DNA of 64,000 nucleotides from the NCBI GenBank assembly GCA_028023455.1, contig JAQFVV010000008.1, positions 682,001-746,000 on the forward strand. The letters run 5' to 3'. Made by a program: the position numbers and the translations under genes. Each line of letters opens with the position of its first letter. Position 1 is the first letter of the stretch. Of this stretch, positions 36,288 to 49,980 are shown in pieces. Source of the DNA: Epiperipatus broadwayi. Taxonomy: Eukaryota > Animalia > Onychophora. The notes beneath the pieces were generated by a model. It did no database searches, had not been told where the DNA came from, and worked only from the letters and a program-made list of their open reading frames with translations.

Positions 36288-39185
36288 TGCTGCATATAGG
36301 AATTTCATGTTAACTGAAGGAGATTCTTATAATTCTTCTCTAAAGCTTTAAAACCAAGCAGGAAAAACTTCTATTGTTCAATTCATATGTTTTTATCATT
36401 GTAGCTGTTATTCCAATGTAATTATTCATATGATAAATAAACATATATGGGCTGTTTACAAAAGCATTACCATCATGATAAGTTTACTGACTTTAAGATC
36501 AAAAAAATATCATGGACTTTTTTCTTAGGTGCTGGATAGTTTTTAATTGAAATATTAGTTGAATTTTCTTGAAGACTGGTATGACTATATCTACATTTAT
36601 TTTTTGTTTTCTTATTGATGTTTGCAATTATGATAGGCAATTTCAGGAGGCTGTAAAGTCCCAACTAGAAATTAATGGGCAAAATTGATAGAAGATATCA
36701 AATATTGATAATTGAAATTTCTGTACTAATTTCTTGTGACTAAGAATTAGAGGATTTATGTGGATGTAGAAAATACATTTGATCAGACCGACCAAAATTT
36801 TAAACTTGTCATGCAAAACTTTATTATTAGAAATAGACAATGATTGAAAAATAGAAAAGCTATGGGTAAATGGGACTGTGGAGATAGAAATGAGAAAGAA
36901 TACAAACTTGTGGATTTTACAGAAAAATAAAAATTGTATATTATGAATTCTTTCTTTGAAAAAAATGCTAAATGGAAATGAACATGGAAGCAACCAAATG
37001 AAGATATAGTAGAATTTGATTATATTTTGACTAATATAATTTATGTATTTAAAGACTGTAATATTCTTAATAATTTCACCACATGACATGAATATAATTA
37101 GTGAGATATAAAATGCTTGTTAATATCAAACTAGAGAGACAAAAATTATTTTAAAAAATCAGTATTCATAGTTGATATTATTAACCTTCAAAAATAATTG
37201 AAGTTTTTTAATTAGAACTTGAAAATCAGTTTAAAATATTAACAGATTGGACTATGATTCAGATTTAAACAAAATTAATAGTAAGCTAACTGATACACTA
37301 TCAAAAACTACAACAAAGATAAATATTACAAAAAAGCAGCAATTTAGTAGTAAATATTTTAAGACAATATATAAAGAAAAGAAGAAATATGAAAATATAT
37401 AAAAATAATCCTGAAATATTGAATATCTAAACCTTTGTAAAATGGTATAAAAGGAATTAATAATGGTATAAGAACATATAATTGTGAATTGGTAATGAAA
37501 GCTATAGAAGAGACTAAAAGTCTCAAAAGTGTAACACAATAACTTGTTATTGGAAAAGAGAAAAAGATAAAACTATTACTAAAAAAGAAATGATATCATT
37601 TAAATGTGCAAAAGAGTTCTATAAACAATTATATAGTGAGAAAACCAAAGACTCCCTATGATTATTACATCTTTTAAATTGACTACTATTTAAACTGAAG
37701 AGATGAGACATGCAAGTAAATCTATAAAGAAGGAAAAAGTTCTAACCAATAAGGGAATTATTATTTATATCTTAAAAGATTCTGCTGAAGAAATAGAAAT
37801 ATTGTTGGCAAAGCTATATACAAATGTTTAAATAATAAAGATGTACAAGATAATGCATTAGTAATATTGATATTTTAAAAAAATGTGATAAAGAAGATAT
37901 TATAAATTACAGACATCAGTTTTGAATCAGTTCTATTTAAATATTTATCAAGTTAATTACATCTTGTTTACATTGAACTTTGAATTCTCATCAAAACTAG
38001 ATTTAAAAGTCGTTTTAACATAATGGATCATGTCTAACTTTTGAGAGAAATTATAGAAAGCATCAATAAATATGAGTTGCTATTATACTTTGCATTTTTA
38101 TAATCATTTCTATAGTGCTTAAAGCTTTGAATCATCAAGGTATACACCTAGGATATTGTCATATTTTGAGAAATATTTACCAAAATGCAATAGCAGGGAT
38201 TAGATTACATGGGTGATATTAAGAAAATTAACTTTGAAAAAAGTGTACAATAGAGTGATTCCATATCTCCAGAAATTACAAGAAATATTTTTTTGTGGAA
38301 TAAAATGGCAAGCTAAGGGAATAAAAGTAAATGGAGGTTATTTAAATCATCTAAATTTTGCAAATAATATGATTGTTTTTTTGAAAATAATGCTTCAGAA
38401 CTGCAATAAATATTGCAAAAATTATTGGATAAAGAAGTCAGTGCAGCCGCCTTGCAAACAAGCAGTTGGTTGTAAACAGAGTTGCAGGCTTGCCTCCCGC
38501 TGATGCTATGACATATGGGGGGGAAAAGCAGAAAATATGAATAAAAATAAATGTTAAAAAGATTAAGATAATATTCAATGAACTTTCTTAGAAAAAAATA
38601 CGGATTAATAATCAAAAATTGGAAGAAATTAACAACTATAAATACTTTTATCTGATTATGAATATAATTGGTAGCATAATGGATGAAATTAAGTATAGAA
38701 TTAAACTGGAAATGAGTGCTTTTAGTGGAAATAATATTTAAAGGAAATTTGCCTATGTGTTTGAAAAGGAACGTTTTTAATATATGTATGTTATCACTTC
38801 TTACTTATGGATCTGAGATTTGGATATTCAATTGAAGATCAATGCAAAAACCTCATACCACTCAAGCATAGAGAAATGTATGTTAGAAGTAAGGGGAAAA
38901 GAAATCTAAAACAAAATAAATGAATAAGAAAGATTAAAAGAATTTAAAGACTGAATAGAGTTAGGCTGGATATATTGTTAGAAGAGATGATAATAGATGG
39001 GTGGATAATTGAAATCTTAAATTGGATTTTAAGAGATTGTAAAAGATCTAGACAGACTTTATGCAAGATGAATGAAAGAAATAAAAAGGTTTGGTGGTGA
39101 GTTGTGGATAAGAGAAGCTAGAGATCAATGAAAGTAAATTAAATTTGATGAGAACTTCATATTGCAACAGACCAATCATGGTTGG
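36288..39185 (+). mobile_element. Old, heavily decayed near-full-length copy of the same RTE family
   Basis: Colinear similarity to 31070-34350 from the 5' UTR (GCTGCA...GTAGCTGTTATT) through CCAGGAGGCTGTAAAGTC and CTTATGGATCTGAGA to the 3' end, with many stops and a deletion in the APE region. Confidence 0.9.
38424..38522 (+). mobile_element. Degenerate second copy of the tRNA-Gly-derived SINE, inserted in the old RTE
   Basis: GTCAGTGCAGCCGCCTTGCA...GCAGTTG...GGTTGC...ATGCTATGACA aligns with the reverse complement of 6631-6741 and is absent from the intact RTE at the homologous position. Confidence 0.6.
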
Positions 39186-40201
39186 AAATAATGTGATTTG
39201 ACTATTGTGCCTGACAAATATCTATAAGTATCTTTTAAAGCTTTTTAGAAATCTAATGCAATCATTTTGTGAAAAATGTCCCAAGCTAATCTTTCTCATC
39301 TGTAACAAACTTTTGCTTGGCCTGTGAGATGAATATTTGAAGCATCTAAACATTCACAAAGCAACAACAGTCGAAATATTTCATTCACATGTCTTCATAT
39401 ATGTTTACTACTAAAAATATTTAAACTTCAAAATTAAATTAGTCTTAATTAAAATATATAAATAGAAAATTCTAATAGATTTGAATGATCAGCTCAATTG
39501 ATAAATGGCTGTTGATTTGTTACATGAAATATTTAAATAGTGAGGAATGTTTTAGAATATTTTTCATAAGATTGTTGCTTGAGATTTATAAAACTTTTAG
39601 AGTAGGATGTGATACATTTGATTGGTTATGTGCATATATATTTAATTGCTAAATAATTTTCAACAAGAATATAATGAATCAAAGTATCAATTAAAAACAG
39701 ACTTTACAAACTGAAACTTTATCATCTAATAGTTATATTTATCTAAAATACTTAGAAATGTTAAAAGTGAATCTGCTTTTACATATGTATTCAAGTTTTA
39801 TGTGTAAGACCAAAAATTTAATAACTTCTTAAGTATTACTAAATATTTTTAGATAGTTTTTTCATAGGTTTATGGATTAAAAACATAACAGGAATTCTCT
39901 GTGTACTTTTTGTAAATAATTTTTAATTAGGATATGAAAATATTTAGGAAGTTGTTATACTTTCAGTCTTACAAATATAAAGTATTATTGTTTATTTTAC
40001 GATCTTTATAATATTTGGATATAAAATCAAAGCTATATTCACTTTTAATTTCAAGTATATACATTTATTAGATAATGTAATTTTGGCTTGCAATTCCTGT
40101 TTGTCATTAGTGTTTTGCTTTATTGTATCCTAGGTAAAAATTATTTATAAAAAATACACAGAGAATTTATATATATTCTATTGTTAAAATATTAATTTAC
40201 A

Positions 40202-41146
40202 GTTGTAATTATTTATTAAGCTCACATGAAGTATATGTAAATACTTTTAAGACAGGCTTTAACCTGAATCATATGCCCTTTGAAATTTATAATAGTCAAA
40301 CAATATCTTTAATTGACAATAGAGGGACCTCTCAAACTACAACCCAAGACAGCGACTTTTTTAAAAATAAGAGCGCTGACTTATCTTTAATCTAACTTTC
40401 CATTTATATAGGCCAATCTGAAGCATCTTGATTTGGGAGCATGAAGCTGTTATTCTTTTCACTATTTAAGTCAACTTTTTTCTTTACAAATTAACATTCA
40501 TGAAATCTTGCAATTTACGAGTTAATATTACGATATAATTGCAAGATTTCACAAATGGTAATTTGTAAATGAAATAGTGGAGAGAATAACAGCTTTGCAC
40601 TCCCAAGTCAATATGCTTCAGATTGGCTATATAAGTGAAAAATTATGGCCACTCTTATCTTTATAAAAATCACTATCTTGTGTTGTGGTTTGAGAGGTCC
40701 CTCTCTTGGCAATTAAATATATTGTTTGACTATTATAAATTTCAAGGTGCATATGATTCACATTAAAGCCTGTCTTAAAAATATTCACATATACTTCCTG
40801 TGCATTTAATAAATAATTACAACTTTACAATAGTTTATATATTTCCAGTATAAAGATCATAATATTAACTCATTGTAAATCGCAAGATTTCATGAATGTT
40901 AATTTGTAAAGAAAATAGTGGACTTAAATAGTGGAGAGAATAACAGCTTCCGCTCCCAAATCAAGATGCTTCAGATTGGCCTATATAAGTGGAAAGTTAG
41001 GTTAAAGATAAGACGGCCACTCTTATCTTTATAAATCTTGTGTCGTGGTTTGAGAAGTCCCTCTATCGACAATTAAAGATATTGTTTGACTATTATAAAT
41101 TTCAAGGTCCATATGATTCAGGTTAAAGCCTGTCTTAAAAGTATTT
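40202..41146. repeat. Family G composite: inverted arm plus tandem units with long flanking direct repeats
   Basis: 40245-40535 is the reverse complement of the units at ~40540-40790 and ~40860-41145. AAATATTAATTTACA direct repeat at 40187-40201 and 41147-41161. Confidence 0.8.
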
Positions 41147-41187
41147 AAATATTAATTTACATGATTTATTTAATTATACTATTACAG

Positions 41188-41343
41188 GTTGTCGGAAAAA
41201 CTCTTATATGAGCCCTGTAGATAACTTTTGTCACGACTGTCCCTTAAATTCCCAAACAAATGGAACAGGTAAAATATCTGTTGCTGATTGTTTTTGTAAG
41301 GAAGGTTATTCAGGTGATCTGTCTAAAGATTTACCTTGTAAAG
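41188..41343 (+). CDS. Exon, ephrin-receptor-like Cys-rich (GCC2/GCC3-type) module (GCRKNSYMSPVDNFCHDCPLNSQTNGTGKISVADCFCKEGYSGDLSKDLPCK)
   Basis: TTACAG acceptor ending 41187, GTGGGT donor at 41344. 156 bp, phase 1-1. The C..C-x-x-C-P-x-N-S-x-T...S-x-x-D-C-x-C-x-x-G-Y pattern matches the track ORF 41208..41504. Confidence 0.88.
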
Positions 41344-44256
41344 GTGGGTTTTACTTTCTTATTTATTTATCTAATATTAAGATTTATCGTTTTCCATTTA
41401 TTAACTTAAATGTTACGTTTGTCAGTTTTTGTGCTGTCATTTTCTGTATGATTATCCTGTTACTTCTGGTGGTTAAACATTACAATAGATTTCCAAACAA
41501 TTAATGATTTTATTTTTTTATTTTACTTATAGCTTCTATTAATTTCACCAAAGCTTTTAATATAGCTATCACTATAAGGCTATTAAAATTTAAAATGTAT
41601 GCTACAACATAGAATGTGGTTAAAAATAAGCTCTTTCCAACAAAAACAATATTTTAAATTATCAATTGCTGTTTAAAACTGTATTCTACTTTAGAGCCAT
41701 TACTGTAAGTTTAAAAATCACTGGGTATCAGATATTAAGGTTATTCTGGATATTGGCCACATCAATGAAGATAACCAAATTGTCTAAATCCATCAAATAG
41801 CTACATTTATTTTTGTTATACCATTCAGTTTTAAACATCTTAAGATTTATGATCATCTATATATAGTAGTACATGATGAAATTGTTACATTATTGCAATA
41901 AATATCAATTTCTTTAGAAAAAAAATCATGGATTAACAATTTGCATGAACTCTTAAATTTGGATTAAAAAGATTATTGAATTAGTCATGAAAATTTCTTT
42001 TAAACAATATAAATATTGATTTTTGCTTTTAAAAAGGATTTATTTTTTTATAGGATAATTAACCTAGCTGACAACATAAGACTATGCTCATATTTATAAA
42101 TAAGTATGCAAAGTACTAGCTAATTAACATGAGATCAATTAGAAAATTTGCAGTGTAAAAATAAAATTTTCATAATGAGAATAGCATTGCTACATCTGTA
42201 TGATATGTTTTTAATATTTTAACACTGTTTTTGCTTTAATTAAAACATTATAGATTATATACAATAATATCTACAACTCTAAAGTAGTTTCTAGTTTTTT
42301 TATTTCATCAGCGAAGACTTAAGATTTAAAGCTAAAACTAGTGCACATATACATCTAATAAACAAAATGAAGAGAAATGTTCTTGGAAGGTATTTCAAGA
42401 AATTAATGGATATTGACATGACCAAGTGGATCAGCTTTTCCAAAGCATGATCAATGTAAGGTTTTAAATCAAATATACTTAAACAGGCAAAACATAAAAG
42501 ATGGTGATCATGTGATGTTTAGTGGTCAAAGACACTTATTTGTATATACAGCTTATATTAACATTTGCCTATACAGAAGTAACCCATTCTATTCTAGAAA
42601 AATCTTTACAAACATGGTTAATCAATGAAAAATCAGATTAGATCATCAAAATATAGTTTTGATCCGGTGATAGTTTTGTATAATCACACAAAAAAGTTGG
42701 CTTGGATTCAAAACCTATAAAAAAGTAAGGTGATTCTTTTAGATGGATGTGGGCAATTCAGTGTTTATTACAGATGAAACCATTATTCAAAAGACAAAAT
42801 CTGTGATTTGAATAGCAATAATTTTGGAGAATTAATGCTATTGATGCTGATATTAAATGCAATCTAGAAGTTTTTGTACTAATGCTTAGTTTGGTATTTA
42901 CAATTAATATCTAAAAGAAATAAAAGTATGAAAATTACTCATAAAATTGCATGTTTAGGGTTTTAAAAGTATAAATATATAAACCTCTTTATAGTAAGAA
43001 TATAAATACTATAATTGATATAAAATATTAATGTTAATATTTGTGGCCATAGATTATTGCTTGCATTAATGTAGCCAGAAAATTTTAAATTTAAAATATT
43101 TTTATAATCACAGAGAAATTTTTATCAACAATGACTTACATTATTCTCTGTTAGTACAACCCTTCTCACACCTTTATAACTATCTTATAAGCACTGTATG
43201 ATTGCTGAATTGTATCTGGATCTAGGATTTAAATACTTGAATTACCCTGACTTCCAATCCATTGACTATCCTTTTATTTTATCATGCATTTTCAATTAAC
43301 AGAAAAAAAGTCAAACTTTCTGTAATTTGGACTACAAGTTAGCATCATTTTGCTTCTAATTGTGATAATATATATGTTAATAATTTTAATTATAAGATAA
43401 CTACATATACATTTAATTTTTTGAAAAAGCAGGGTAATAAATAACAATCCTTAGTAATTTAATGCCTTGTGTAATATTACAAATTTATGTTTAAAGATCA
43501 TTATAATTTGAATTGAAATGAATGAAGTGTAGATTGGTTTTTTAGTTGTTATAAAAAATCGAGATTATTTAATGTGTTATTATCAGTCAATAAGTTGTAT
43601 TTCTGATTAATTACCAAACAGTGTGGAAATGTATTACTATCCTTTTACAATTATTTCTATTGATTTTAATAAACCTTCTAATAAACAACAGCTGTTAAAT
43701 ATGTTGCATTGAGGTATATAATACTATGTACAATGTAATAATCTTTGATTGTACATACTATAAGAAAGTCTAATTTGTAAAGGATTCTTATAATATGAAC
43801 ATTTTAAAATTATTACTTCATAAATATTATTATATAATTATTATTTTGTTAGTATATAGCAGCAAAATATTGAAACACCAAATATTTAAAAGTGTTAAAA
43901 ACTTCAATAAAATAAATAAAATGTAAATGAAAAAATAGTAGACATGGAGTATTCAGATCTCATTCAATAATTAGTTGAATACATAATATATGATTAATGC
44001 TAAAATTAAAATACTAGATAAATATTCACCTATACTTATAATTGAAAGTTGAATTTTTTATTTATTTCCGGAATTGAAAATAGTCTTAATAGTGTCAGTA
44101 TATTGTACAGATATAATTAATACATTGATTTGAAAAATATAAAAATGAAAATAAGTAAGTATATAAAAAAATTAGGATTTTAATTTTACTTACATTATCA
44201 ATATTATTAGTGGCATAACTTTTTTTAATACAAACCCCTCTTTTTTTCCTCCAAAG

Positions 44257-44382
44257 ATATCAATGAATGTGAGATGAAAAATGGAGACTGTCAGCACATT
44301 TGTGTCAATACACCTGGAAGCCATCACTGCTCTTGTAATCCAGGATATCAAGCGGATCTCAAAAATAAAAAAAAATGTACAG
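44257..44382 (+). CDS. Exon, cbEGF domain (DINECEMKNGDCQHICVNTPGSHHCSCNPGYQADLKNKKKCT)
   Basis: Pyrimidine tract plus AAAG acceptor ending 44256, GTAGG donor at 44383. 126 bp, phase 1-1. Confidence 0.92.
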
Positions 44383-46041
44383 GTAGGAATATATCATATT
44401 TGGTTGTTTTTCAAATAAATATTTATGAATATAATATAAATACATAACCCTATATTATGCATTATAGCACTATATGTATAATCCATTCTATTCAAGTTGA
44501 ACAAAATGACAGAATGTTTAGGATCCTATTGGTACGCTTATATTCTTAGTTGAAATTGTATTACACTTGAATACTGTCTAGAGAAATATTAATCACATAC
44601 TTACATGTAAAAAAAATCTTATACTTTCAGTGTGATCACAGCCCCAACTTACAAAAAAATAATACAAATACCTACAAATATATATAATACATGAGAATAT
44701 ATACAATACTGAATGTTATAGATTAACATAAACTCTGGGCTCTGTATTTGTGGTCTTACCACTTCCAGCTACACTTGATAGCTTGCCTCATGGGTAGGGA
44801 AAGTGTGACTCTTCCGGCTGTACAAGATAGTTTGCCTCAAGCCAACAGTAGTCTTAGCAGCATCCGGTCCCTGTGGGACTTGCCTAGCTGCATAGACAAA
44901 TAATATATTGCTATTGTGGGAATGCTTACTGCTGTTCAGGTTAGCAGAACTTCCTTGGGAGAACATGTGCTGTCTTTGTAGGTTAGACAGACATTCTCTC
45001 CCTATTCTCATAAAAGGCTGACTATTTATAGTCAGATTCCTGAACTTACTGAAAATGTTCAGATTCAGTGATCATCACTGCTTATTGGTCTGTACTAATC
45101 ATTGGCTATATGTTTCACTGTACATTAGCCTATTGGCCCATGGCAAACAATGCTTAATCCGATTAGATAAGAAGAAATCTGGAATAGTCCACTTCTAAGA
45201 GAAGGGAGAACTATACCATTCAGAGAAATGACAATTGGAGAATATTTATATCTTATATAACGTTCATGGAATAAAGAAGATTGGCTTTTAAAATCATGAT
45301 TGGTCAACTACCATGTTTCATACTTGGAAAAAGTTGGTCTTGTTAATAGGTATCTTTGAATGATTATCAAATATAAACCGTGATTTGAGAAAACTTCATA
45401 GTATTTATTTGATTTCTTCAAGCAATGATTAAGCTGACCATATGATAAACTTTTGATCAGCCATTGATTATTTGTATACTTGCAATATCGCTACTACTGT
45501 GTCCACAACTGAAACCTATGGTTCTGAAATGCCAACCCAGCCTTCAACTCTTTGCTTATAAATCTTCTATGAATTGTTTAGGTGATTACTGGAGATTAAT
45601 TCTGCAGTGATTTGTAACATTGTGTCCTAAATATAGTTTTTATAATGAATATCAATTCCAAAAGGAGTTGATTTTTTGGTTATAGTTGATATTATCATGA
45701 CATCTTTTCCCATTTTTGATATAAATTCAATCATTATTCTTGAGACTCAGTTTTGAAAATTTATGAGACTTAATTTTGGAAAAAAGCAAACACTTTAACA
45801 AATTTAGTTTCAATTTTTCACTTAATTAGACATCAATCATTAGTAACATTTTTTTTTGGGATGGATTTATATAACTAATATTAATTTCCTTAAAATATAT
45901 TTTTCATTATTTCTTTAGAATTTTGGTTAACTTATATTCATATGTATTTAAATTTATATGGCATGATGTAAAAAATATGCTTGTTATTTTAACAGATTTT
46001 GTATATTCAATTAATAAAATAAAAATGCACTTTACCATTAT

Positions 46042-46076
<35 letters not shown>

Positions 46077-47829
46077 CTATGCACCTATACATAATAAATA
46101 GCCTGGATGTTTTTATTATATTAGAATTTATTACATTTCTTATTAACTATTGATCTTAACTTTACATTTAATAAATCAACAGTATTATTTTTATACAATT
46201 GCTGATAAATTTCTTGTTTTATACATTTTTCAGATTTACAATAATATATATTTTCTTGCATTCAAATTTATGTCTGTAGATATTGGAATAAGGGGAGACT
46301 CTGCTTTCAGTATTCATCTTATTCAATCAGATTTCATCAACTAGATCAAGTCTCCTATATAATATTTATATGAAATGTAATGCTTTATAATAGTTCAGTA
46401 TTTATTAAAATATAATAGTTGTAAATAGATTTTTGGTACAAAATATTCCAATAAAACAAATTTATGTACTACACAATAATACAAATCAATAGTGTAAGGC
46501 ATTTGGAAAACTATATACATTTTAATTTAAATGACTTGATTGGCTTAAATATGTACTAATGTGTATTTCTTTAACATACCCACAACCACATGTTTTAATG
46601 CATTAGAATGTTGTTAATTGCAAATTGTATTTATAAGATCAGCTTGTATTATGTACATATAAGATCATAATTTCATCCATATTGTATAAAAAATTCTCAT
46701 AGCTTTTTTACAGCCATCCTTAATATTATTAAAATAGTACATCTGAAATCATCTAAAAGATATATTTTTAATTACTTGAAAAGAAAAAACATCTGCAAGA
46801 TATTTTGCATAAAAAACAATATTAATAAAAAATAAATCAAATTTTTGTGGCTAAACTAAACAGGTAAAATTTGTAAATTTATATATATATATAACTTTAT
46901 TAATTAGTAGTGCTAATGAGTCTATGTAGTAGAAAAGTAATTAAAAGAAATTGTCCAATACATAATTGCATTGTTTCCCACTTTGAATTCTGAGTCTTTA
47001 TTGATAGAGGCAAAAGCCAGAATCCAGCCTGGGGATAGTGGTTAAATTATACTACCATAAATTAAACTTGAAATAATTGATGACAAAGTATAGAGAAGAG
47101 GCCATTTTCCTTTATGCTGCAATAATCTGAAAGAATTAAGTTGTGTTAGGTTACAAATAACAAAATAGTAAATCATTCTGGGTTTTATCTAAGAAGATAC
47201 TTTGTATTTAAAATTTAATAGATGATTCCTTGTAGAATTCTTGTAGATGGAAATGAATTTGAATTAAGCTCATCCCTCAACTTGTTAACTGCTTTAAATG
47301 ATAAAATTTGATTTTGATAAATTAGGAAGCAGTGAAAGATTTTATTTAAAATATAAAACATAACTATTCAAATCTATGTAATTCAACTTCAGAAAACAAA
47401 ACCTATATCCATTGTAAAATACATTAAACATTTATAAACACTGTGAATAAAATTACGGCATAAGCTGAATTTAGAAAAATAGAGGAAATTTTTTAAATAT
47501 TAATTTTTCTGGGTTTTTTTAAATTATAGGTATCACTTTTCTAAAACCTGTAATCTGAGCATATAATAAGCAACACAAAAACTTTTAGAGTTAACATTAA
47601 TTAAAAAATAAACTTTTTAATATGTATATATGTAGATTTATTCCAAAAAAACTTGAGCTGAGTCAAGCCACTATGAAAAGGTATAATCATATAGATATAT
47701 TCTAACTTAATAACCCTGAGTTAACTTTTGGCGAAATCTCATCAAAATTATAATGCAAAATTAATTAACTAACTATGCCAGGAGCAGGATGAATATATAG
47801 TTTATAAAATATTTAAATTATTGCAGTGA

Positions 47830-48290
47830 GAAATGTAAATTATAAATGTCAGATGTTCCATTTTTTTGACAAAGGGATGCAAGACTCCTTCCATTTGATT
47901 GAATTTGGGTCTCTTGCAATAACTCTTGCCTCCTTGAACTTTCTCTTATGATCATCCCTCTCAGTGTAGATGGTCTTAATGTTAGAAGTGGAAAACACGT
48001 TTCCTGAAGCAAGCTTGTGATCCAGGAAAATTGAGTTATGTTTCCAGTCTTTTTTTGTCTTTTTATAAAGATAGGAGTCCTGAAGTGACTCTTGTAGATC
48101 TATTAGCTTAAGATTTTCCATAGTATGCCACTCTACAAGCTGGAGATGAGCTTGAAATTTTATAAACTATTTGAGGAGTGTTTTCAAATGGAGTTCTGTC
48201 TCTAGTATTCTTCAGAAGATTGTTAAGAGATGGCAGTATTTGTAGCCTTTACTAGATCATTCTTAATTCAGACTTTACTCAAATAGATAA
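47830..48290 (-). mobile_element. 3' fragment of a second Penelope-like element (GIY-YIG region), decayed
   Basis: Minus strand gives IVYKI...C...YYGK, then (frameshifted) DH...ERDDHKRKFKEA...PN...PLSKKW, resembling PLE endonuclease C-termini. Confidence 0.55.
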
Positions 48291-49980
48291 TCTTTTAAAT
48301 TGAAAAAACAAAGAAGAAAGAAAAACAAATGTTTATCTAATATGATTTTTTGTAGTTATTATTGTATGCTTATATGCATTCCATTACTTGTTTTCAAATG
48401 ATAAAGTATATGTAATTTCTCTATTGATATTTGTAGCTGTGTTTGGACTATATTACAAGGTGAAACAAAAACTGTGCCTTAACAAATAAGATTTAGCATA
48501 TTATAAGCACACACTGAAGTTAAAGTATGTGTATTGTCTGGATTTCAACAATTGAATCTATATTTGTATTTAGAATTTGATTTGCCACTCATGAAGTCAT
48601 ATGATATTTAAACATTAAAAGTTCTTGAACTGTGATCTATGAATCTTTAGCTCTCAAGTTTGCCTCTTTACCACTACACTAAATCATGCAGAATGAAGAT
48701 ATACTGCTAAGTGCAAATCTAAAAGAAAGCAAATCAAAGGAAATGAGGAGCGATGAAATAAACATAGAAAGATATAACAAATGAAGATAAGATATACTGC
48801 ATTTAACTAAAAATTAATAAAAATATTGCTATTAGTAGAATATCCACTTTCTTAGATAATAAAAAAAAAAGAACTATAGATTCTTATAAAGGTTAATGAA
48901 TATACAAAGAAAATAAAATGGATGGAGAAACTAGGCTGAATTATTATCTTCTTAGTTCCAATATAATGCAACACAAAATGTAAAAATACAGTTGCTTTTA
49001 TCTATCAAATATAAAAATAAATTTTGGAAAAACAAAAAAAAAGTCTTAAAATTATGACGCTTTGAGAATATTAAAAAATTAGAAGCCCCCAAAAAATAAA
49101 TAATGAATGATAAAAGATAAATATTTCTTTGAAAGAAAAAAAAATCAGTCAGAAGCCAATCTATATTTAAAAGCTATATTTAATAGTGAGAAAATCAGAA
49201 AGAAATAACCTCAATAAAATCAGGAAGGGGGACTATAGAAAGGCTTAAAACATTTTGAAATAAAGAAAAAGAAGTTAAGAAAATGAAAAAGTCATAGTTA
49301 AAGACTAAGAAAAAATAAATAGCTATCTATCTAAGAAACTAGAGCATGTTAAGAAAATATTAAAATGAAAAAATGGATTTTAAATATATTAAGAATAAAC
49401 ACACTGTGAAAATGAATAAGTCATTAAACTGAAAAAAATATTTTGTCAGGAAAATATATAATGAAAGGAAAAACTTATCTGACTAAGTAGTTAAAAAAAA
49501 AGAAAAGTATGATATGAAATTTTAAAAAGGGGGTGGTGGTGGAAGGATTGTTTGCAAGAGAAACCAACAATGTAAAAAATAGTTATTTTTCAAATAAAAT
49601 AAGACAGGCTTTTAAATTGAGAAGATAAAAAGAGATAAAAATAAACGACTACTTGCTGTGCTCAAATTATAATTTTAAGAAGTAAAAAAACCCGCTTTTT
49701 TATAAACTTAAATCTCTATTCCAGATTATTTCCTTTATTTAAAATTATGGTAAAACAAAAGGAAAAAGTTTAAATGTTCTGGGCTACATAATAAAATAAT
49801 CACTGAACAAAATAAATGCTTACTAAAATCCAAGATCAATTGGAGTATGACTCATCATGTGAGCAGTTAGTCAATTAATCCATCTTTTGAAATTTCTACC
49901 ATATAAACTTCTGCGGATTTATGAGTCCACATATGATCATAAGTTTGCAAATCCATTAGAAAAACTCACTCAATAGCAAA

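Noticed and set aside
44700-45900. Minus-strand GC-elevated region suggestive of a decayed non-LTR RT
   Set aside because: Only vague motif resemblance, and neither clade nor boundaries could be supported.
46260-46344. TGTAG|ATATTG acceptor-like start resembling a DI(D)EC exon
   Set aside because: No cysteines, it runs into a stop, and there is no suitable donor.
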